Below are positions 25,740-39,401 of a DNA stretch of 64,000 nt, one piece after another. Source of the DNA: Octopus sinensis (Eukaryota). The stretch is taken from positions 26,598,001 to 26,662,000 of the forward strand of contig NC_043013.1 in assembly GCF_006345805.1 (NCBI RefSeq). The letters run 5' to 3'. A model generated the notes under the pieces. The model was not told the origin of the DNA and ran no database searches. It saw nothing but the letters and a program-made list of their open reading frames with translations. Position numbers and translations under genes: made by a program. Position 1 is the stretch's first letter. Each line of letters opens with the position of its first letter.

Positions 25740-25940
25740 AGAGTTTACGAAAAAAACAAAAGACAAAGACAGGTGGTGTACAAAACAAACAGATGTATTA
25801 GTATAACGCTCAGGAATAGAAAAAGTCTTTTACGTTTCGAGCCTACGCTCTTCTACAGAAAGGGACACAGAAAAAACAAAGAGAGAAAAGAAAGGAGAGA
25901 AAAAAAAGAAGAGAAACAAGGAGAGAAAAACAAGGAGAGT
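25735..25940 (-). repeat. TA-anchored short repeat carrying a hammerhead-like fold at 25827-25862
   Basis: Related fragment at 38795-38880; see findings. Confidence 0.5.
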
Positions 25941-26566
25941 GTATGTATGTATTACGTATGTACACATCATCATCATCATCATCATCGTTTAATGTTCACC
26001 TTCCATGCTGGCATGGGTTGGACAGTTTGACAGGAATTGGCTAGGCAGGAACTGGCACCATGTTTCTGAGTGTGTTTTGGCAAGGTTTTTACAGCTAGAT
26101 GCCCTTCCTAACACCAACCACCACACACACACACACACACACGCACACACACTCACATACACATACACACACACACAAATAATCACTCCTCTAACACACC
26201 TGTATATGTTTCACTGATACAGAGCTTCATTCTGCTCCTCTTCTTCTCTAACCCCACTTCCATTGCCATTTCTCTTTACATCTCTGCCTTACAAACTCTC
26301 ATTTCTGCATTTTTATTTCTTTTGTTTTCTGATAGAGTACACCTTTCATAATATATCTACTATTTACACATCATATACAATATACATGTATGTATGTATA
26401 TATGCATATGTGTATGCATATATATATATATATATGCATGTGTGTTGCTAAGTATCCCACCTGTGAGGGATGGAGGGATCAATGCTAGATGAATTGAAAC
26501 AATTGTAGTGACTGATAAAAATTCTTGTATCTTCCATCTTCTGTCTCTCATTAACCAAAGATATAT

Positions 26567-26975
26567 AGGAGCGGCTGTAAGGTAAGAAGCTTGCTTCCCA
26601 ACCACATGGTTATGGGTTCAGTCCCACTGTGTGGCACCTTGGGCAAGTATCTTCTACTACAGCCTTGGGCCGACCAAAGCCTTGTGAGTGGATTTGGTAG
26701 ACGGAAATGGAAAGAAGCCCATCATGTGTGTGTGTGTGTGTGTGCGTGTGTGTGTATGTGTCTGTCTGTGTGTGTCTGTGTCTGTGCTGTACCCCACCAT
26801 TGCTTGACAACTGAAGCTGGTATGTTTACATCCCCATAACTTAGCAGTTCAGCAAAAGATACTGATAGAATAAGTACTGGGCTTACAAAGAATAAGTCTT
26901 GGAGATAATTTGCTCAACTAAAGGCTGTGCTCCAGCATGGCTGCAGTCAATTGCCTGAAGCAAATAAAAAATCAA
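26567..26975 (+). mobile_element. SINE family B, near full length with internal (GT)n
   Basis: tRNA-like head, GTGGCACCTTGGGCAAG centre, tail GGCTGTGCTCCAGCATGGCTGCAGTC. Confidence 0.8.
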
Positions 26976-27564
26976 AGTATATATATGCACACACATACAT
27001 CACACACACATACATATAGATGTGTGTATGTGTATCTATATATAAATATATGTTATACTGTCTCAACCAATCCCCTCTTTTCAATGCCTTCTCTTCCCTT
27101 TGCTGTTCTTCATCATTAACACCTTGCTTACCTTCTTCCTGCAATCATCCTCCAAGCCCTCACATATCTACCACAATCCCTGCTCCCAAGCCTCTCCTAT
27201 ATTTCTCTTCATTACTTGAGTTAACCTCAATCCTATCCACTCATCTAGCCCAAACCTCTGTGTCACCCCACCTATTTCACCCCCCCCCCCAATTTCCCTC
27301 AAGAGTATGCCCTGATGCATCTTTGCTATCATCTCTCTCAGTATCGCTCTTTATCTTACTCTCTCATTCACTCTCCTTTCTTCTCCACCTGGGTCATCCA
27401 TGTATCTACTCTACAACAAGACGCCTACACCTGTCCTTCTAAACCCGTCATCTTTCAACTGGCACAAAGTGACAATTTTTCAGGTTTACTGAATTTTTTC
27501 ACATATTTCATTAAATATCTCTTTAGAAAGCAAGAATAAAAGACTTTTAGCAGTCATCATCATC

Positions 27565-27800
27565 ATCATCTATTTCTTTACTACCCACAAGGGGCTAAAC
27601 ATAGAGGGGACAAACAAGGACAGACACACGGATTAAGTCAATTACATCAACCTCAGTGCGTAACTGGTACTTAATTTATTGACCCCGAAAGGATTGAAAG
27701 GCAAAGTCTACATCGGCGGAATTTGAACTTGGAACGTAACGACAGACGAAATACGGTTACGCATTTCGCCCTGCTTGCTAACGTTTCTGCCTGCTCGCCA
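27565..27800 (-). mobile_element. SINE family A
   Basis: Reverse complement of the 15717-15947 type. Confidence 0.8.
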
Positions 27801-28480
27801 TCATCATCATCATCATTTAACATCTGTTTTTCATGTTGAACAGTTTGACTGGAGATTGGCAAGCCAGGAGGCTGCATCAGGATCTAATCTAATCTGGCAA
27901 TGTTTTTACCGCTGGATGTCCTTTCTAATGCCAACCACTCTGAAAGTGTAGTGGGTGCTTTTTACATGTCACCAGCACAGGAGCCAATCAGGCAGTACTG
28001 GCATCAACCACATTTGGATGGTGCTTTTTATGTGCTACCGGCATGGGGAGCCAGTCAGGCAGCACAGGTGGATATGAAAATTGTATGTACGAAAGATATT
28101 GAAGGCTGAGTTCCTTTCGAGCATTGAACCTCACGGAGGCAAAGTGGCTGAGTTCCTTTCAAGTGTTGGGCCTCACTAAGGCAGTGATTGAGACCTTTGG
28201 CATTATGTCATGCTTGAGAAGAAGACCCATCAAGCTGAGCAAAATCACAGTCATGGATAATACTGGTGTCACACAAATTGGTACCCATGCCAGTGGCATG
28301 TAAATGCACCCCAATGGAGTGGTTGGCGTTAGGAAGGGCATTCAGCCGGAGAAAACCATGCCAAATCAGACTGGATCCTGGTGCAGCCTTCCAGTGTGCC
28401 AGCCCAGTCAAACCATCCAGCCCATGCCAGCATGGACAACAGACATTAAATGATGATGAAGATGATGATGATAATGATGA
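27800..28480. mobile_element. Two RTE-3'-derived repeats in divergent orientation (27800-28060 minus, 28100-28480 plus), each with a (GAT)n tail
   Basis: Homology to 10170-10352. Confidence 0.7.
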
Positions 28481-28636
28481 TGGTTTCAGAAGTAGAAAAT
28501 ATCAATTCCATATTTTGTTGGATAATTAACATCCTTGCAGGAATGACTATGAAATTTGATTTCACATTCAGAGAGTTAAAGAGTCATCTCACCGAGTATA
28601 AGTTATTTTATTCAGTTACATCTACTAGACGGTGTG

Positions 28637-28950
28637 AGGCGCGTGGCTAGTGGTTAGGGCATTTTGGCTCATGATCGTATTTTGAGTTCGATTCCCGGCG
28701 ACGCGTTGTGTCCTTGAGCAGACACTTATTTCACGTTGCTCCAGTCCACTCAGCTGGCAAAAATGAGTTGTACTTGTATGTCAAAGGGTCAGCCTTGTCA
28801 CTCTCTGTGTCACGCTGATTATCCCCGAGAACTACGTTAGGGTACACGTGTCTGTGGAATGCTCAGCCATTTGCACGTTAATTTCACGAGCAGGCTGTTC
28901 CGTTATCGTATCAGCTGGACCCGTCGTCGTAACCGGCGGAGTCTTTAAGA
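28637..28950 (+). mobile_element. tRNA-head SINE, family C
   Basis: GGCGCGTGGCTAGTGGTTAGG...GAGTTCGATTCCCGG...GTGTCCTTGAGCAGACACTT; reverse copy at 56298-56625. Confidence 0.75.
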
Positions 28951-29226
28951 CAGGTTGCCTTCACTGATATTTGTCAAAGTGTTAAGGCCACAGGAAAAAA
29001 GAAGGGAAAAATACATAGGTATGAAGCAAGGCATTAGAAAAGGGGTTTGTGTGAAAGCCAGGAGAGGAGGGAAGAATGGACATAATATAAGCAATGAGAA
29101 GGTGAGATTTGTGAGTCAGATGGACTTAGGTGAAAGTGGGATGAGATCTGCCAATTCTAAGAAGCAGAGGTTATTGTAGTGTTAGTAGAAGAGGTAGAAT
29201 GAAGAGAGAGAGTATGCTTATGGGCT

Positions 29227-29265
<39 letters not shown>

Positions 29266-29616
29266 GGGTACTCCATACCAATCAGCCAGGAGGACAAATC
29301 TCTCAGCAAATTCCCAAAATAAGTCTAAGTTAAGGGAAATCTAGTAATTTAGAATTTCATGCACCCCAGTAATGCTTTAGCAATTACAATTGTCTTCATC
29401 ATGAAACAAACAATTTGAGGCTTAACAGACGATATGCCCTGCCATGGAACACGCACACACACATACACACCCATGCACACACACACATACATACATATAC
29501 ATTATGTACATATCTTTATTTATATTAATGTATATAGATAGCTATAGACATATGTATGTATTGCCCTCTCTCTAAATATATATATTTGTGTGTGTATATA
29601 TCTATCTATATATATG

Positions 29617-29651
<35 letters not shown>

Positions 29652-29831
29652 CTCACAATGACATCTTAAGATATCAAGTTACTTATAAGAAATTGTTATT
29701 TTCCAGAGCCAAAACCGTTAATCTGTAATTGTTCCAAAGTGATATTGGTTTCCAAATGATAACAGTGGTGTTAGGAATAGTATGCCCAGCCATGGAAAAC
29801 TTTTGCTTTTAACTGTTTGGATTCATTATCC

Positions 29832-29882
<51 letters not shown>

Positions 29883-30719
29883 AGTGTGTATGTGTGTGTG
29901 TATATATATATATATGTATATACATATGTATGCATATCTAACTACCTATCTATTGCCCACGTATATATGTATGTACATAGATTCTCATGCCCACACACAC
30001 ACACACACACGTATATGTGTGTGTGTGTGTGTTTGTGTACAAAAGCATACATATATATGTATGTATGCAATGTTTGTATGTATAAACGCATGTGTATGTC
30101 TATGTGTATCACCACAGTATCCCAGCATATCCAGTTAGTAAAAAGAAATTGCTCTTTTCCGGAGCCAAAATCAAACCTTTAATCTGTAATTGTTCCAAAG
30201 TGATATTACTTTTCCCAAAGAAACATTTTGATTTCAGAGATTAACTTAACTCTGCCTCATTGTCTTTTCCTCTTTCACCTCGTCTCTATACTTAATTCAT
30301 ATACTTATCTATTTATCTATTCCTGGAACTTAACTGTGCTCATGTAAATATGTTCGTTGGGAGTGCTTATTTTGAGGTTGTAATGTAAATGGTTGAGTAA
30401 TGCAACAACATACCCTGAATGACTGGGAGGTATGTACGGTGATGGCTTGTCATTTGTGGGGATTCATCATTAATTTCTGATTAATGAATACCATTATGTT
30501 GGTGCTATGAGATGAAGCTGTTGATCATGATCTAATCTTTTGAATGTTCATGACTCATTACATCTCAGTGAATCTAAGTCTCATCTCTGTCCACACTGCA
30601 CACATAGGAGGAAAACATGATAACCAGCTTGTTGTTGGTGTTGGTGATGTGTGTAGCACACATGCATATAAGTGTATGTTTGCATGCATATCCATGTGAC
30701 CACTGGGCCATGCAACTTC

Positions 30720-30765
<46 letters not shown>

Positions 30766-30835
30766 TCATGCATATACATACATACTCATGTAACAACAGT
30801 TCTGTGTTCAGACTTATTCAGGCAATCATTGTGAT

Positions 30836-30876
<41 letters not shown>

Positions 30877-30945
30877 TCACAACTACTAACATGCACACAT
30901 ACATGCATGCATTATCAGCAATTGTGTCAGATATGTACACACACA

Positions 30946-30991
<46 letters not shown>

Positions 30992-31020
30992 CATGCACAC
31001 GCGCACGCATGCACACGCGC

Positions 31021-31056
<36 letters not shown>

Positions 31057-31067
31057 ACACACTCACA

Positions 31068-31276
31068 TGAGGGGTACTGAAAAGTTCCTGGCTTTGGGTA
31101 AAGAAGAATACAGGTAGATAAGTTATGATTTTATTCAACATATTCCCTTCTCAGATTCACACAGTAATTGCTGCGGTCCTTCAGTTTTCCTAAGCCCTGT
31201 AAAAGAACACAGAAGGTTGGGCCTCCACCCAGTCCTTCCGCAATACCCTTAAAGCCAGGAACTTTTAAGCACCATA
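31068..31276. mobile_element. mariner-type MITE, about 208 bp
   Basis: TIRs GGTACTGAAAAGTTCCTGGCTTT (31073-31095) and AAAGCCAGGAACTTTTAAGCACC (31251-31273). Confidence 0.8.
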
Positions 31277-31278
31277 TC

Positions 31279-31299
<21 letters not shown>

Positions 31300-31309
<10 letters not shown>

Positions 31310-31545
31310 TATTTGAGACAAAACCACTATTTTGCAAAACAAACAAGGAAAGACTTAATCAATACATAAAATTTATAAATATTGACTATTATTAAATTTT
31401 ATGTATTGATTAAGTCTTTCCTTGTTTGTTTGCAAAATAGTGGTTTTGTCTCAATAATATTTTATAATATTTTACTATAAAATTGGATTTAATCCTAAAT
31501 CTGATTTTTTTCCCTGTAAATTTGGATATATTCCCTAATATTTAT
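31300..31545. repeat. TA-flanked hairpin repeat (arms 31300-31375 / 31393-31466)
   Basis: Arms are reverse complements except two homopolymer indels. Confidence 0.9.
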
Positions 31546-31577
<32 letters not shown>

Positions 31578-31891
31578 TATATATATATATATATACATGA
31601 TGCTAGTCTCTTGTAGTCTGAGAATGATGGTTCCGCAATTTCCTGCTGAACAACCTGCACAACCTGATCAAATGTTTGTGCTGCACATTAGGCATTTCCT
31701 TCCATCAAACTGATGTTGCTTGAATGGTGTACCTCATGCCAAGTGTTGAAATGACTGCTGAGCAACATCAGATGAAGTATTTTGCTCAAGAATACAACAC
31801 ACCACCCAGTCCAGGAAGTGAAACCATGATCTTGACATGGTGAGTGCAACATCCTGACCACCAGGCTATGCAGATATTCATACGTACATGC

Positions 31892-31923
<32 letters not shown>

Positions 31924-32315
31924 GCATACATACATACATACACACATACATACATACATACATACATACATACATACATACATAAACATCATGCATATAC
32001 ATACATGGTCATGTATCAACAATTCAGTGTTCACATATATATATATAAATACATGCACGCACATACATAGTCATGCATACAGACATGGATACATATACAC
32101 GTACACACACATACATATGTATATACGCATACATACATACATACATATAATGCACATATGTATGTACAAATATACATTCACACATACATACACACACATA
32201 CGCACACACACACACACACACATCTACATACGTTCACACATACATGCACACACGCCACACATACAGACACACACACACACACATACATAGCTACACAAGA
32301 TGATATGTAGATATA

Positions 32316-32690
32316 TAGGAGTTGGACAAAATAATGGAAACACCTTCAAATTTCAAACAAGTTTGTTTTAATATCAAGTAGGATTGTCTTTGGCAGTAAT
32401 TACAGCTTGAATTCTATGAGGTATGGACTCATACAAAGTTTGAATTGCTTCCAAAGGAATTTTTGTCCATTCTTCAGCTAAAATAGTCTACAGTTCTTGT
32501 AGTGATGATGGTGGAGGATATCGACTCCTTACTTGTTTTTCTAAAATGCACCATAGATGTTCAATTATATTGAGATCTGGGGACTGTGGCGGCCAGATAA
32601 GATGTTCAACTTCACTGGAATGTTCCTCGTGCCATTCAGTAACAACTTTAGCTGTGTGAATTGGTGCATTATCATCCTGAAAGATCATGA
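32316..32690 (-). mobile_element. Tc1-family transposon, 3' fragment with TIR
   Basis: FQDDNAPIHTA...WPPQSPDLNIIEHLW; TIR-like AGGAGTTGGACAAAATAATGGAAACACC next to TA. Confidence 0.85.
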
Positions 32691-33376
32691 CAGAGAAAGT
32701 CATCATGGTGATACCTGCCCAGAGGCCTACACATAGTTGCAGAAAGTGTATGGAGAGGGTTGTATGAGCCAAACACAAGTGCACGGGTGGTTCAGACGTT
32801 TCCAAGATGGCTGAAAAAATGTTGATATTGATGAATGTTCTGGGAGACTCACAACCAGCAGAATAGAGAAAAACATTGCAGTTGTGCATCCAGCTGTGAA
32901 GGGGAGATCATCAAATCACCATCTGTGAGTTATCAGGGAATGTCCAGATTAGTTACAGTTCAGTTCGGTCCATTGTCACTGAAGATTTGAGCATGAGACA
33001 CGGGTTTGCCAAGTTTGTGCTAAAACTGCTTTAAGACACTTGGGTTTCAGTTGCACAAGATCTCCTTGATTGTGTCAAGAACGAAGAAAACTTTTTGAAA
33101 ACTTTGCATAGGCCTCTGAGCTGGTATCACCAAGCTTTTGGAAAAATTTAATGCAGATTCTCTGCTCAACTTTCTGTCATGGTCAATATGTTAATCACAC
33201 GCTACACACCTTCCGTCCAAGTACTGCTGTAAACAGCGGAAGTGAGCTAGAATGTTAAAACTTAGTGCACATACACAGCAGAGTTCAAGGTCAATCTATG
33301 CTGAGTGGCTTCACTCTGCATGCTTTAGCTTCGTTACCATGGCAACAGTCTGGATACTTATTGATCAGACTACGTA
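32690..33376 (+). mobile_element. Non-autonomous mariner derivative (N-terminal HTH remnant), left part missing
   Basis: Homologous to 57352-58232; right TIR GGATACTTATTGATCAGAC at 33352-33370. Confidence 0.8.
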
Positions 33377-33425
33377 TATATTAGTTTCTGTAAATAAGTG
33401 GGATGCAATTTTATGTACAAGGATG

Positions 33426-33473
<48 letters not shown>

Positions 33474-33992
33474 AGTGTGTGCATGTATATGTGCTTCTGT
33501 GCTAGTGAATTTATGAATACGTAACATTTGCACATTATTTTGTAACTTTTCCAAATTATGTTGGATCCTTTGCTGGTTTTGACTAAACACATTCAGTTGT
33601 TATTTGAACAGAATATTTAGCTAGTTAAATGAACTTGCCAGTGGCTGTGTATTCCACAGGCACATATACCTGTAATGTAGTTCCTATGCTAATTCAACAC
33701 AACACAGCGCATCACAAACCTGGACATTTAAGTTCAAGTTATAGTCCATCCAACATCATCCACACAATTTCTGTCTTAGAATTGTATATCATTTATGCCA
33801 TCCTCTGTTATTATTTCTATGGCCTTTGTTCTTCTGGGAAATTGCCCGAGAAAGTAATCCACTGAACCAATAGCTAGCTTGATCTTGTGTCCAAATGTAG
33901 TATAAGTTTCCATTTTGTATTTAACCCTTTTGATATCAACTCACCAAAGATCACCTAAATTATCTAAATTAAAATCTTCCTCCATCAAAATT

Positions 33993-35080
33993 TTGAATTA
34001 ATCTATGTTTTAAACACCAGCTTAATAAGCTTTTGTACTGTAGGCACAAGGCCTGAAATATTAGGGGAGGGGGCTAGTCAATTGTTTGGCCTCAGTATTC
34101 AAATGGTACTTATCATACCAGCCCCAGAAAGGAAAAAGTCAAAACTGACTTTAGTGGAACTTGAACTCTGAACTTGAAAATGAACAAAATGGCATGAAGC
34201 ATATTGTTCAGTGAGCTAACAATTCTGCCAGCTCGTTGCCTTTAAAAATGATTTCAAATTTTTGCCACCAGGCAGCTTGTGGGAGGGGATTAAGTTGATT
34301 AAATCAATCCCTGTGTATAACTGGTACTTATTAAATCACCCCCAAAAGGATGAAGGCAATGTTGACCTAGGCAGAATTTGAACTCAGAATGTAGTGACAG
34401 ACGAAATACCTCTAAGCATTTTGCCCAGCGTGCTAACGATTCTGCCAGCTCACCGCCTTTCACTGCCATTAGATAATCTATGTTGAATTAATTATGTTGA
34501 ATTATCTGTGGTTTTAAACACCAGCTTAATAAGCTTTTGTACTGTAGGCACAAGGCCTGAAATATTAGGGGAGGGGGCTAGTCAATTGTTTGGCCTCAGT
34601 ATTCAAATGGTACTTATCATACCAGCCCCAGAAAGGAAAAAGTCAAAACTGACTTTAGTGGAACTTGAACTCTGAACTTGAAAATGAACAAAATGGCATG
34701 AAGCATATTGTTCAGTGAGCTAACAATTCTGCCAGCTCGTTGCCTTTAAATAATGATTTCAAATTTTTGCCACAAGGGCAGCTTGTGGGAGGGGATTAAG
34801 TTGATTAAATCAATCCCTGTGTATAACTGGTACTTATTAAATCAACCCCCAAAAGGATGAAAGGCAATGTTGACCTAGGCAGAATTTGAACTCAGAATGT
34901 AGTGACAGACGAAATACCTCTAAGCATTTTGCCCAGCGTGCTAATGATTCTGCCAGCTCACCGCCTTTCACTGCCATTAGATAATCTATGTTGAATTAAT
35001 TATGTTGAATTAATCTGTGTTTTAAACACCAGCTTAATAAGCTTTTGTACTATAGGCACAAGGCCTGAAACTTTGGGGGA
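33993..35080. repeat. Tandem duplication of about 506 bp (2 units plus partial) containing family A SINE pieces on the - strand
   Basis: TAAACACCAGCTTAATAAG at 34011, 34515 and 35023. Confidence 0.9.
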
Positions 35081-36256
35081 GGGGAATAATCCATTACATC
35101 AACCCCAAAAGGATAAAAGGCAAAGTTGACCTCGGTGGAATTTGAACTCAGAAAGTAGCGACGGGTGAAATACTGCTAAGCATTTCACCCGGTATGCTAA
35201 TGATTCTGCCAGCTCACTGCTTTTCACCACCTTTAAATAATAATGAGCAAGTTGTTTTACTAAATTCTTCATTATTTCCAAAATTAATGGAAACAAAGTC
35301 AAGTGTATTTCAACAGAAATATAGAACATGAAAGGTTAAACCATTCACATAAACCCTAGGAGTTCATTTATCTGTTGGAAAGAAATACCAGATAATCTCA
35401 AATGGACTAGTGTCATATCCAGGTGGAGGTTTATCTATTATCAGCTTAACACCATGAAGTTAAGAATTAAGCTCTTCTCCATTAAAAGTCCTTCAAGGTT
35501 AGAGGAAACATTTCATTATTTTTCTTCTTGTATAATGATGTGTATTTTCATTTGTATGTAATTTCATTTGTTTGTGGATGACTGGAAAATACGCATGTAT
35601 TTTTCCCTACACATGTATTAGTCTGTCTATATGTATGAGTATATATAATCGAATGTCATTTCAAATGTATGTCATTTTTGAAAGCTTAAAGCTTATACAT
35701 GCATACACGTGTATATATTCATTCATATTTATGTATGTGTGTGTGTGTGTATATATATATGCATGTATATTTGTATATATATGTGTGTGTGTGTGTGTAT
35801 GCATGTATATAAGTATGTATATGTATATGAATATATATATATATATATATATATAAATATGCATATATGTGTGAATATATACCTGTATGAATATAATATA
35901 TATATATGTAGGTATATACACGTATATATGTATGTGTGTGTGTATGTATGTATATATGTATGAATGTATGTATGCATGCATTTATTTGTGCATATACCAA
36001 TATACCATTCACTTATATGACATTTCAACTCTGTCATTATTCTGTGCACCAATACCTCTACACACACACACATGTGCATGCACACACACACACACACATG
36101 CAACAGCAGCATGTAGCTACATGCATGTGCACATGCATTGTCATTCTGCACGTCCTACTTTTACTTATCATTCAATCTATACATATCCTGAGTATCATAG
36201 ATCAATATATGTACCCTCTGAAGAATTCAGTTAACCTGTACTAAAAGAAAAAAAAT

Positions 36257-36292
<36 letters not shown>

Positions 36293-36450
36293 ACAAGTAC
36301 AATAATATAAAACAAAAAAACTGCATTGTATTATTGTTATTTTTACATCACCTTTATTATTATTATATTATCATTATTATTATTATTATTGTGGTTGTAC
36401 CACATCCACCCCATACTTGTATATGGTATATATGTATATATGTATATATG

Positions 36451-36506
<56 letters not shown>

Positions 36507-37155
36507 ATTGTTTTAGACTTTTTCCCCGAGTGGTAAAGGATTCAGAAGAAAATGGCGCTTCTTATCTAAGACAGACGCTCAACATGGCTTTCTGTGGAAT
36601 ACTTTTTTCGCAATCATTTTTCTTCTTCTCTGTATGTCCTTCCATAAGACATTTTCTTTTTTATTGCATTAAAAGATTTATCTGTATTTTTTTTTATTCT
36701 GCGATTTTTTATATTTATTTATTGTGTTATTACAGTTGTTGTTGTTGATGTTGTTTTGTATTCCCCATTTTCTGATTTTCTTCTTTTCTTACACTAGTTA
36801 ACAGTAGCATTGTGTGTGTGTGTGTGTGAAGATGCGTTTGTGTATGTGTATGCGTGTGTGTGTGTGTGTGTGTGTGTCATATATGTGTTATGTGTGTGCA
36901 CTTATAAAGAAATCTTTTATGATGGCTTTATTGTGTACAGAATACATAAACACACACATACTTGTGTGCATACATATACACACATGTACGCACACTCACA
37001 CATGCACACAGCTATACACACACACACACATACACACAGACTGTGAAAGAGATGTATTTGCACATACATTAACTGTATGCATAGATATTTGTATGTATGC
37101 ATACACACAAAAACAAAGACACACAAACTATGTATGAATATTTAAATGAATATTA

Positions 37156-37191
<36 letters not shown>

Positions 37192-37699
37192 CACCATGAT
37201 GCTCATTCGAATGCATACACGTACATACATATCATCATCATCACCACCAGCACCACCACCATTATCATCGTCATCATCATCATTAGCATTGGTTTCGCAT
37301 CCTCCTTTCTGTTCTTGCATGGGTCAGGCAGATTTCATTGTGGCAGATTTTCTATGGCTGGATTCCCTTCCTGTTGCCAAGTCACCCTTGTTTCCAAACA
37401 CAGTAATATTATCCCACAACAGGACATGTTTTTTTTTATGGAAGAGTGGAAGCAAACAACACCACTTGTATGATGGGGATGCTTATTTACAGCCATCACC
37501 ATCAAGGTAAGGACAACATAAAAAAAAAAACAAGGGACTCCAACCAGTGAGAGATAAATATCATTTAATATACACAGTATAAAGATTAGAGCTACTAACA
37601 GTTTCTTGCTGTGAAGACATGTGTCTAGGCAGGTTTTTCAAATAGAATAGACCATTTGCTCAGAGCCTAAAGATATATCATATATATATATAATATATA

Positions 37700-38710
37700 G
37701 AGAATACCAAACGAGTTCCCTATGGATACCGTATTTATTACAAGCCACGAGTTGTAATAAATACAGTATCCATAGGGAATGAGTTTGGTATTTTATTTAT
37801 TACACACGAATAAACGACCATATTTTATTAACCCAATAACTAAATTCTTCACATCATGTTGAAGCGCGCATGAATACAGCTTGATTTCACGTCAGTGACG
37901 TCACAATGTGTAACTGTAAAAGATGTCATGCCGCAGGAAGATAGTCCGACTTTATAGCGCTAAGTTTTCAGGTGAAATGACTGATAACTGATGACTGTTT
38001 AACATTTTGTTAACATTCAAGTTCACGTTCAAGAAATACATAACACAGATTGAATCTTCAATAACTTTAATAATACTCAAACCTGTTTTCGAGTAGCAAT
38101 GTCAGTCAGAGTAGAGCACAACAGTCCATGCAGTCCAGTAAAACTTAACAGTCCTTATTATCTGTGAGACGAGGTCGCTTTGCATCTGAACCAAAGAAGT
38201 TCACATTGATTGTGGCCCCATATATTGGAGCCAAGAAAATGGAGTGCACTGAACCAAAGCAAGTGACAGCGGTCCGAGATTGACTCGACATAATGTTGAC
38301 GGTGGAGGGGAGATCACTCGCACTCGCTGCTGCTGTGTGTGACGGAAGTACAAGCGAACCTGGTCATTGTTGCTACTAAGGATGTTACTGATGGCACGAT
38401 GACGATCCATGGAAATATTGCTGTAACTATTGATGCTTTGCACATTATGATGTCCAGATATCTGCATGATTTCAGTTGGAGGAATGTTCTGGTCAATGTT
38501 TGTTTAATTACATGGCTACATTCTACCTGCTCGTGAAAGTAATGAATGAAGTTTAGTTGTAACTTATGAATGACAAAAGTAGTGCCGTCACCGTGACCTC
38601 AGGTCATCACCATGGACTGACCAATCAGAAGCAGCGCTCGCAGTATCTGACATATGTTAGATACCAAAAATATCTCAAAGTGTTCTCACTCACATGTGTG
38701 TAATAAATAA
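37700..38710 (-). mobile_element. Crypton-like (tyrosine recombinase) non-autonomous element
   Basis: Remnant DQNIPPTEIMQISGHHNVQSINSYS at 38494-38420; 15-bp inverted repeat TTATTTATTACACAC at 37793-37807 / 38696-38710; terminal 41-bp-arm hairpin at 37703-37792. Confidence 0.7.
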
Positions 38711-39149
38711 TATATATATATATATGCTCCAGCATGGCCACAGCTCGTGAGCTGAAACTAGATAAAAAATGATATATTATATATATATATATAACGGGAA
38801 GCTTTATGAAAATAGACAAAAGACGAAGGCAGGTTTACGGAAATAAACAAAGACGAAGGCAGGTGGAATACAAACAAACAATTGTAATATATATATATAT
38901 GTGTATATAATTGTTTAAAAGGACAACAAACGTTAAGGCAAGGTAAACATCTCAAGTCATATACATAATTATTAACATTTGTTGTCCTCTTTAACAATTA
39001 TATATCAGCAATTTCGGAAATCTGCAATGGCTCCATAACTACCATCGTGGCTATAACTTTGGAGCCCTAGTAATCTGTTATGGCTCTTACCTAGTGTACC
39101 TAGTCATTTAGATCACCTGTGAACTAAACCCCTATATTTTGTATATATA

Positions 39150-39369
39150 TTCTTTTATTTGTTTCAGTCATTTGACTGCAACCATGCTGGAACACCACCT
39201 TTAATCAAAAAAATCGACCCAAGGACTTATTCTTTGTAAGCTTAGTACTTATTCTATTAGTCCCTTTTGCTGAATCGCTAAGTTACAGAGATGTAAACAC
39301 ACCAACATCGGTTGTCAAGCGATAGTGGGAGTGCAAACACAGACACACAAACACACATACATACACAGT

Positions 39370-39401
<32 letters not shown>

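Noticed and set aside
32488-32889. 133-aa ORF as a real protein
   Set aside because: Chimera of antisense mariner sequence and the Tc1 DDE C-terminus
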